Assembly: GCA_964612055.1 (NCBI GenBank)
Contig: CAZTBI010000001.1
Span: forward strand, 228,824 to 292,823
Source: an uncultured Bdellovibrionales bacterium
GTDB lineage: Bacteria > Patescibacteriota > Minisyncoccia > Moranbacterales > UBA1568
Direction of reading: 5' to 3'
DNA length: 64,000 nt
Shown: piece by piece, positions 57,249-64,000 of the stretch
Numbering within the stretch: the stretch's first letter is position 1
How the letters are laid out: the number at the start of each line of letters is the position of its first letter
Translations under genes and position numbers: made by a program
Notes under the pieces: model-generated
Databases searched by the model: none
What the model saw: the letters and a program-made list of their open reading frames with translations, nothing else
Told to the model about the DNA's origin: nothing

Positions 57249-58373
57249 TCAACGCTTCATAAGTGTTCGGAGTCCGTTCGCAATGGCAAGCGCTGCATCC
57301 GGGTGATGAAACTGGTTCATTCTTTCGCCCATAGCCGCCCTAAGGTCGGCATCAGCCATAAGTTCTGTAATTTTCTCAAGCAAAATATGCTCTCTCAAAT
57401 TTGGTTCTTCCAGTACGATAGCACCACCGATCTTGGCAATATCATAAGCATTGAGACGCTGCTCATCATTAGCAGCGCTCGCCAAAGGTGCCAAAATAAC
57501 CGCCTTCTTCAAAGCGGCAAGCTCCGAGATAGAACCCGCCCCGGCTCGTGAGAGCACCACTGAAGCGAGCGCCAAGACATCCGCCAATTCCGAAGCGGAG
57601 AAAAAATCTCGTGGTACATAGCCCCCACCTTCAGTTGCTATGCCGTTCTCCTGTAGCACCTTGATGATGTCCTCGTAATTCTCACGACCTGTCTGATGCA
57701 CCACCTGGATCCCAGCCTGTAAAAGCTCTGGGAGAATATGCAGTACCGCCTCGTTCAAGATAACTGCTCCCTGGCTTCCTCCCAGAACCAGAAGCGTCGA
57801 CTTGTCGACGGAAAGCCCGAGATGAGTAGCTGCTTGCGCCGCATCACCGCGAAGTAATTCTTCCCGCACCGGATTGCCCGTCAACGCCGTTTTGGCTTCC
57901 GGAAAATAATCCCGAGCACTCGGATACGCGATAGCGATGCGTGTCGCAAAACGAGACAGTAGCCTGTTAGCACGACCCGCTACGGCATCGGAATCATGGA
58001 TGATGATAGGGATGCGATATACCCACGCCGCCAAAACCACCGGCACCGAGGCAGACCCTCCTTTCGAAAAAACAGCATCCGGCATGAAGAGGAAGAGTTT
58101 CCACAAAGATTGCAGGAAACCGATTGGCACCTTGAACGGATCGATAAAATTGCGCCAGGAAAAATAGCGGCGCATTTTGCCGGTCATCACATACTCCGCC
58201 CTGATCCCTTCGGCGGCCATAGCCTCGCTTTCAAACTGACCTTTGGATCCAACGAAAAGAAACTCCACCCCTTCGGGAAGTTCTTGGCGCAAAGCGCGCG
58301 CCACAGCGATTAACGGAAAAGTGTGTCCGCCGGAAACGCCACCGGAAAGGACAATACGCGGAAGAGAGGCCAT
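57249..58373 (-). CDS. murG: Undecaprenyl-PP-MurNAc-pentapeptide GlcNAc transferase
   Basis: GT28 N- and C-domains, with GGSQGA. Confidence 0.9.
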   Translation of the reverse strand: MASLPRIVLSGGVSGGHTFPLIAVARALRQELPEGVEFLFVGSKGQFESEAMAAEGIRAEYVMTGKMRRYFSWRNFIDPFKVPIGFLQSLWKLFLFMPDAVFSKGGSASVPVVLAAWVYRIPIIIHDSDAVAGRANRLLSRFATRIAIAYPSARDYFPEAKTALTGNPVREELLRGDAAQAATHLGLSVDKSTLLVLGGSQGAVILNEAVLHILPELLQAGIQVVHQTGRENYEDIIKVLQENGIATEGGGYVPRDFFSASELADVLALASVVLSRAGAGSISELAALKKAVILAPLASAANDEQRLNAYDIAKIGGAIVLEEPNLREHILLEKITELMADADLRAAMGERMNQFHHPDAALAIANGLRTLMKR

Positions 58374-58384
58374 AGAAAAGCTTT

Positions 58385-59494
58385 TTACACCTTAAGTGTA
58401 GAATGTTTGGATATATTAAGCAATATTCCCACCGCTGCCAAAAGTACTGCCAGAGAGGTGCCTCCGTAGCTAATGAACGGGAGCGGGATACCAGTCAGAG
58501 GAATCAAGCCGGTAATAGCTGAGATATTGATAAAGGCTTGAAAAACGATCCAGGAAACGATGCCGACGGCGAGGAGTCGGCCAAATTCATCTGGGGCTCG
58601 AAGCGCAATTCGGACTCCGCGCCAAGCGAGAAAAAGGAAAAGACCGACCACTACTGTTGCCCCGACCATACCCAGCTCCTCACCTAAAACAGCAAAAATA
58701 GAATCTGTCACTGGCTCAGGAAGATAGTTAAATTTCTGACGACTCTGCCCGAGGCCAACACCAAATATTCCTCCGGAACCAATCGCAAGGAGCGCCTGCG
58801 TCATCTGATAACCGAAACCCATCGGGTCATGATCTGGATTCATAAAAACAAGGAAGCGCTGCATGCGATAGGGCGCTATCTTAATCAGGATAAAAAGTGC
58901 GAACAGTCCACCCGCAAAAAGAGAGAAGATATGGACAATACTCGCTCCGGAGGCGAAAAAGATGGCCAGGGAAATAAGGAAAATAAGTCCAAGCGTTCCA
59001 GTATCAGGCTGCTTGATAATGAGGAATCCCACCACGGAAAGAAGCGCCAGGAATGGAACCAATCCTTCAAAAAAGTCTGAGGTCTTGGCTCGGCCTTTGC
59101 TCGAGAGCCAGGCTGAGAGGTAAAGGATGATGGCAAACTTCATAACCTCCGACGGCTGGAAGGAAAGCGGCCCGAGCTCTACCCAACGAGCAGCGCCGTA
59201 CACTGTCGTCCCGAATCCAGGAATAAAGACCAGGACCAAGAGCACAATGGCCACAATAAAAATTGGCACGACAAAACGCTGCCAAATATGGTAATCAATC
59301 TTCTGAAGAATGTAGAGAAAAAGCAGTCCCACTCCCAACCCAAAGAGTTGTTGTTTCAAAAAGTAGTAATCATCACCAAAACGCACCCGCCCGTAAACGA
59401 CACCGGCACTGGCAATCATAATAAGGCCGATGCCAAGTAACGTGAGGAGGGTGAAAAAGAGCGTCCGATCAAAATGACTTTCGTTTCCTTTCAT
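58385..59494 (-). CDS. ftsW: SEDS family peptidoglycan glycosyltransferase FtsW/RodA
   Basis: 10 TM helices. Start at MKGNESHFDR to limit overlap with trmD. Confidence 0.85.
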   Translation of the reverse strand: MKGNESHFDRTLFFTLLTLLGIGLIMIASAGVVYGRVRFGDDYYFLKQQLFGLGVGLLFLYILQKIDYHIWQRFVVPIFIVAIVLLVLVFIPGFGTTVYGAARWVELGPLSFQPSEVMKFAIILYLSAWLSSKGRAKTSDFFEGLVPFLALLSVVGFLIIKQPDTGTLGLIFLISLAIFFASGASIVHIFSLFAGGLFALFILIKIAPYRMQRFLVFMNPDHDPMGFGYQMTQALLAIGSGGIFGVGLGQSRQKFNYLPEPVTDSIFAVLGEELGMVGATVVVGLFLFLAWRGVRIALRAPDEFGRLLAVGIVSWIVFQAFINISAITGLIPLTGIPLPFISYGGTSLAVLLAAVGILLNISKHSTLKV

Positions 59495-59516
59495 GATAAT
59501 CTCGAAACTGTTTGTT

Positions 59517-60182
59517 TTAAGCTGTAGAATGTTTCTTTTCTGACATCTCTTTACGCCACTTTTCGATCTCGGCATGATGACCCGAGAGAAGTATTTCTGG
59601 TACGCGCTTCCCCTGCCAGACTTCCGGCTTCGTATACTGAGGATATTCGAGTGTTCCAGGGACCGAATGCGATTCCGTCTCAGCACTTTCGGCATTCCCG
59701 AGTACTCCCGGTACTAGCCGAGAGACCGCATCTACGACGATCATGGCTGGAATTTCTCCGCCGGTCAGGACGTATTCGCCAATGGAGAGTTCTTCATCTA
59801 CCAAGTGTTCTGCTACCCGCTCATCCACCCCCTCATAACGGCCACAAAGAAGGATCAGTCGTTCATGCGCCGCCAAACGCTTGGCATCCTCTTGGGTGAA
59901 CACCTTCCCCTTGGCAGAAAAGAGAATGGTGCGAGTATTTTTTTCCGGCGTCAGAGCCTTCACGTGTTCCAATGCTTCAGCAATCGGCTCGACTTTGAGC
60001 ACCATGCCAGCCCCGCCACCATACGGGGTATCATCCACTGTTTTGTGCTTATCGTGAGCAAAGTCACGAAGCTTATGAGTCACTATTTCGATGAGATTAT
60101 TTTCTTGTGCGCGCTTCAAAATAGACACGTCAAAATACGCTGCAAAGCTTTCTGGAAACAGGGAAATAATATCAAAACGCAT
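59517..60182 (-). CDS. trmD: tRNA (guanine37-N1)-methyltransferase
   Basis: [11 protein letters not shown] start and a SPOUT knot region. Confidence 0.85.
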   Translation of the reverse strand: MRFDIISLFPESFAAYFDVSILKRAQENNLIEIVTHKLRDFAHDKHKTVDDTPYGGGAGMVLKVEPIAEALEHVKALTPEKNTRTILFSAKGKVFTQEDAKRLAAHERLILLCGRYEGVDERVAEHLVDEELSIGEYVLTGGEIPAMIVVDAVSRLVPGVLGNAESAETESHSVPGTLEYPQYTKPEVWQGKRVPEILLSGHHAEIEKWRKEMSEKKHSTA

Positions 60183-60282
60183 AGGGTTGCAATGCTTGAT
60201 TTTCACTCATTTTAGCATAGAAAAAGAAAAAAGGCCGCAGAAGTGTTGCTTCTCAGCCTTCCATACGACTCTTATCGAGCTT

Positions 60283-60882
60283 TCATTCCCAACGGTCGCT
60301 TTCGTACACCCCCTCGGTCGCTACCACTAAGAAAGGCTGTGCTCTTTCGGATTCCCGTACTCCATCCTTCGGTTCGGTACTGTGCATCGCCCAGCACCGA
60401 TCCAAGTCGCGCTTGTACCACCAATGCATCACTTTGTAGAGCACGAGGAGCAAGATGAGTTCAATGAACCACGCCCCCATCAGAACCTCCACCGGGAGCT
60501 CTCCGCGCAAGAAGAACTTGATCAAGAGAGCGTTCACGATGAGCGTCGCCACAGCCCGCAGGAAGCCCCAGACATGGAACTGGGGCTGGATCATGCTCGG
60601 CCGGAAACACTTCTTTGCCCCATGGAACTTGCCTTGAACCGTGGCGCGGTCGTAGCCGTCCACGCCGCACATACCCCAGGCCAGCACAGAGAGCAGGAAG
60701 CTGATCGCTCCCGAAACATAAACATGCAAGACAATCTGATCATTCACGTCTCTCTCCTTGCGCCAAAGCGCTTTTTGGTTGAACGATACGCCAGTTGGCG
60801 TGATGAAAGGTACACTGCCAGTAAACCGACAGGAGACGAGGGGCATCAGGGCACATGCAGGATACCCCTTTTCTCCTGCCAC
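60283..60882 (-). CDS. Hypothetical membrane protein, high GC
   Basis: ORF with 2-3 TM segments; start uncertain. Confidence 0.35.
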   Translation of the reverse strand: MAGEKGYPACALMPLVSCRFTGSVPFITPTGVSFNQKALWRKERDVNDQIVLHVYVSGAISFLLSVLAWGMCGVDGYDRATVQGKFHGAKKCFRPSMIQPQFHVWGFLRAVATLIVNALLIKFFLRGELPVEVLMGAWFIELILLLVLYKVMHWWYKRDLDRCWAMHSTEPKDGVRESERAQPFLVVATEGVYESDRWE

Positions 60883-60914
60883 GAAGCGGAACGCTTCGTG
60901 AGGGAGGAGCTTCT

Positions 60915-62288
60915 TTACTCGACGTCACTCAAAACCGTATTTCTATTGAGCACAAATTCTTTTTCTTCCTTGGTGCCATCAGTCTTGATAATAGTTACCT
61001 TGACTGGTACATCGTTCAGTCCTGGTTGCTTCTCGACTTTCAAATCATACCAGGTACGTTCGATATCCTTCGGCAATGTATAACGGAATACCACGGTCTT
61101 CTCAGTGCCAAGCGGGACATGTACCAAAACACCAAAATATTTTTTGTTCAGAAATTGTCCGAATGCCTTAGGCAAAGATGTATTGCCAGTCACTTCCGTC
61201 AGGAAGCTTCCTTCGGGAACATAGACGCGCAGAAAGGTCTGATAATCCTTGGTCAGCCAACTTTTTTCCTTGGCCGTATGCTTATACGTTACGGCAAGTA
61301 CAGCCTCCGGCGTTTCCTTGGAAAGATCAATCGTATAACTATAGGAACGCTTCATGAAGTAATCACTCTTGAAAGAGTTCAGGTTAGCGTCTACTAACAA
61401 GAGATAATCATCTTTCCACGTACCGTCAAGTCGACCATCCCATCCGGAGGCCATGACTTGATCCTGAAGAGCTGGGTCTTTGAAAGAAAGCTGTACGTCC
61501 TTGCGATGCAGATCATCCAGAACTACCTTGAACAATTCATACTTCTGTGTCAGCGACAAGCCTTTCACACGGTGCAGGATCTCCAGCCCGAGAATACCCA
61601 TCACCGACTTACGTTCACCAAACTCTATACCCTGCTTGAGATAGCCCTGCTCCACTTGATATTCGAGATCAAGGATAGCGTTGTCCGCGCCATAGGTACC
61701 AGGGAAACCATCGATTTCAATCGGACCGGTGATACGAAGAAATGATGTCAGCACATTCGCCGTCACTCCAACTACGCCATCGAACTGTTCCTGCCCCTGT
61801 CCCATGTGGTAGAAATCCTCCGCCCACTTAGCATTCTCTGAAAAATCAGGTGAATAGTTGGAGTCACGAAATTTCCAGGAAGGAATATTAAGTGTCTCCT
61901 TCATCGGATACGGTGGCGCTATCGTGTCAGGAATACGGCCGTCAAAGTTGCCCGTGTCATGGACAGCAAAGTGAGTAATATTACCATCACGCACTTTCAA
62001 GATACCGAACGACCCAATAAATCCCCCACCCGGGCGAAGTTCCAAATTATTCTGGAATAAGATAAGAAAAATCTTCTCTGCTCCATTGGTATCAAGGAGT
62101 GAATCAGCCAGCGAAATAACCGTATCGAGATCCGTTTTCAATTCCTCCTTTACAGGAAGCAAGCCCAAGAGACGCTTCAAACTCTCAAGTCCATGGGTCT
62201 TCACCTGCCAAAACACGAACCAACCGGAAAGAAAAATAATCGCGACGGTAACGAACGTGAACCAAAATTTCTTCGAATGTTGTTTCAT
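60915..62288 (-). CDS. DUF4012 domain protein, membrane anchored
   Basis: LELRPGGGFIGSFG signature. Confidence 0.6.
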   Translation of the reverse strand: MKQHSKKFWFTFVTVAIIFLSGWFVFWQVKTHGLESLKRLLGLLPVKEELKTDLDTVISLADSLLDTNGAEKIFLILFQNNLELRPGGGFIGSFGILKVRDGNITHFAVHDTGNFDGRIPDTIAPPYPMKETLNIPSWKFRDSNYSPDFSENAKWAEDFYHMGQGQEQFDGVVGVTANVLTSFLRITGPIEIDGFPGTYGADNAILDLEYQVEQGYLKQGIEFGERKSVMGILGLEILHRVKGLSLTQKYELFKVVLDDLHRKDVQLSFKDPALQDQVMASGWDGRLDGTWKDDYLLLVDANLNSFKSDYFMKRSYSYTIDLSKETPEAVLAVTYKHTAKEKSWLTKDYQTFLRVYVPEGSFLTEVTGNTSLPKAFGQFLNKKYFGVLVHVPLGTEKTVVFRYTLPKDIERTWYDLKVEKQPGLNDVPVKVTIIKTDGTKEEKEFVLNRNTVLSDVE

Positions 62289-62300
62289 AAAAGTTCTTTA

Positions 62301-63344
62301 TTACTTCCCGCCAGATAAAAGTTCGTTTAAACGACGTTTGTATTCTTCTACCGTCGGTTCTTCATGCTTCACCGGAACCTCTTCTTTGACTACTTCTTCC
62401 GAAGCGACCGCTTCCGGAAAGATCTCCACGACCTCAATCTCAGGAACCTCCTCTTCCTCCCGCAACATTCCCTGCGGCAACTCTTCGTATGTTTCTTCAA
62501 ACTGAAACGGCAGATCCTCGACATCCATACCTGGAAGCAAACGTTCATCCGAAACAACCTCAGGGCGTGAGACTTCCTGCGATTTATCCGACTCTACCAC
62601 AGTCTCCCTTGATTCCTGTGCCTCATGAGAAGACTCAAAAGCCAGGTTAGTAGGACGAGCAGGAACGAATTTCCGTGGATCAATAAAAGGGACAGCGGCT
62701 CCAACTTCAAACGAAGGGGCGATGGCTACTTTGCGCTCGCCGAACAAAAGCGGCACAACGGACAGTATTCCAAAGAAAAAGGCCGTGATACCAAAGGCGC
62801 TCGCGAAACTTACCAATACGTATTGGAGCGGGTCGCGGAGCACGGTCTTCGTGATCGACTCATCGACAACGCGCATGTCGATATCTGTCTTGATATTATA
62901 ATAGAAAGAAGCTACCGCAAAGAGTGCCTTGGTCGTTTCTTCAGAAAGAAGCTTGGCTTTTTCTGCTCTGTCCTGTCTGGCAGTAATGATGAGCACACCG
63001 CTTTTGTCACTCCGTTTCACACTCACCGTCTCATTCCACAGCTCCTTGCGCTTGTCCTGGGAATAACCCTGAAAATCATCATCAATCAAGTCGCTCCCTT
63101 CAAGGACTCGATCATAAAACGAAAGGTTCTTGGAAAGTTCCGCGAAATTCTCTACCACTTGATCAGCAGCCACATTCGAAGACTTTCCAATCACCAGTAC
63201 CCGCACCTCCGACTCATAAGCCCGAAAAGAATCCAACCAAAACAGAAGTGCTGCCAAAGTCACGAAAAAAAGAGTCACCGCAAAAGAGCGCTGCCAGGTA
63301 CTATAAAGGATAGAATTTTTCTTATTTGCTGCGGAAAGAGACAT
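62301..63344 (-). CDS. Polysaccharide chain-length determinant-like protein (Wzz/CapA-like topology)
   Basis: Two TM helices flank a large external loop, with an acidic C-terminal tail. Confidence 0.45.
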   Translation of the reverse strand: MSLSAANKKNSILYSTWQRSFAVTLFFVTLAALLFWLDSFRAYESEVRVLVIGKSSNVAADQVVENFAELSKNLSFYDRVLEGSDLIDDDFQGYSQDKRKELWNETVSVKRSDKSGVLIITARQDRAEKAKLLSEETTKALFAVASFYYNIKTDIDMRVVDESITKTVLRDPLQYVLVSFASAFGITAFFFGILSVVPLLFGERKVAIAPSFEVGAAVPFIDPRKFVPARPTNLAFESSHEAQESRETVVESDKSQEVSRPEVVSDERLLPGMDVEDLPFQFEETYEELPQGMLREEEEVPEIEVVEIFPEAVASEEVVKEEVPVKHEEPTVEEYKRRLNELLSGGK

Positions 63345-64000
63345 AGTGTTCCTTGAGATTTTGACTGAGTACGTCCTGATACACTTCGAGAGTCTTTTTG
63401 GCGATAGCGTCCCAGCTATAGTGCTCGCGCACCCGTTCCTGAGCTGCCTTGCCCAGCGCCTCGACTTCGTCACTTCTATTGATGAAATACGCCAATTCCT
63501 TTTTCAATCCATCAACATCCTTGACCGGGAAAAAGGCTCCAGTATTGGCTACAGCCTCTTTGTGCGCCTCGATATCACTCACCACCGGCAAGAGTCCATG
63601 ACCCATCGCTTCAAGCAACGCAAGCGACAGACCCTCCTGCTCGGAAGGCTGAACATACAGGTACGCGTGCGAGTACAGAGTCTCGAGCGCCTTGCCCGTC
63701 TGTTCTCCCACCAAAAGAATGTTGGAGCGACCCTCGGCCAAATGCTTCAGGAACGCTTCATACTCTTCCGTGTTTGCCTGCGAACCGACGATCACCAGCT
63801 TGAAGTTATTCGGAATCCGGTTGGTATCTTCCAGCTCCTTGAAAGCCTTGATAAGATAGTGTGTCCCTTTGTGTGGTACCAAGCGATGCACCGCCAAAAG
63901 ATAGCGCTTGGAACGAAGTCCAAACTCTGCAAGAGCACGGGTATCTTTTTCAAAGGCTACTTCGGCACCACTCGGAATAAACGTGACTGTGCGACCATAC
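63322..64000 (-). CDS. Glycosyltransferase family 1 (GT4); partial, N-terminus beyond the window
   Basis: C-terminal GT-B half with the LVPHKG and EGLSLALLEAMG motifs. Confidence 0.7.
   Translation of the reverse strand, partial: YGRTVTFIPSGAEVAFEKDTRALAEFGLRSKRYLLAVHRLVPHKGTHYLIKAFKELEDTNRIPNNFKLVIVGSQANTEEYEAFLKHLAEGRSNILLVGEQTGKALETLYSHAYLYVQPSEQEGLSLALLEAMGHGLLPVVSDIEAHKEAVANTGAFFPVKDVDGLKKELAYFINRSDEVEALGKAAQERVREHYSWDAIAKKTLEVYQDVLSQNLKEHYVSFRSK

Noticed and set aside
1-64000. CRISPR arrays, rRNA genes, transposases
   Set aside because: No regularly spaced direct repeats, rRNA signatures or DDE/tyrosine recombinase genes were seen. Mobility is inferred only from composition and truncations.

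Overview
The window looks like a 64 kb chromosomal segment of a small-genome, low-to-moderate GC bacterium, possibly a Patescibacteria/CPR-like lineage. It is densely packed, and most genes are on the minus strand. Core content I can support: - hrcA-grpE-dnaK heat-shock operon with a CIRCE operator - prfB with its programmed +1 frameshift, then ftsE-ftsX - cysS, dnaB, recR, rplU, a short alaS, eno, pgk - a mur/dcw block (mraY, D-Ala-D-Ala carboxypeptidase, murB-murC-murG-ftsW-trmD) - scpA/scpB, rpmA, pyrG, rplI, secA, hpf - tRNA-Gln(CTG), tRNA-Thr(CGT) and tRNA-Ala(CGC). Several short high-GC islets (about 55-70% GC against a backdrop of roughly 45%) interrupt this core: 8990-13800, 15960-16540, 21060-22050, 47125-47772, 48278-48502 and 60283-60882. 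They carry GNAT genes, orphan hypotheticals, a ClpP-like gene and a truncated ppaC, which suggests repeated foreign DNA acquisition. The observations most worth follow-up: - a Nudix-GrpE fusion inside the heat-shock operon - a translationally coupled three-gene module of two Cys4 mini-protein paralogs flanking a signal-peptide-bearing, highly basic 57-aa peptide downstream of yidD - two truncated N-terminal copies of a DUF3467 gene that form a repeated ~60-nt element bracketing inserted DNA - a GIY-YIG gene wedged between tRNA-Gln and a degenerate 5' half-copy of that tRNA - a dispersed CCAGAGGCGG hairpin motif - two long structured non-coding stretches inside the main high-GC island. No CRISPR array, rRNA or obvious transposase was found.
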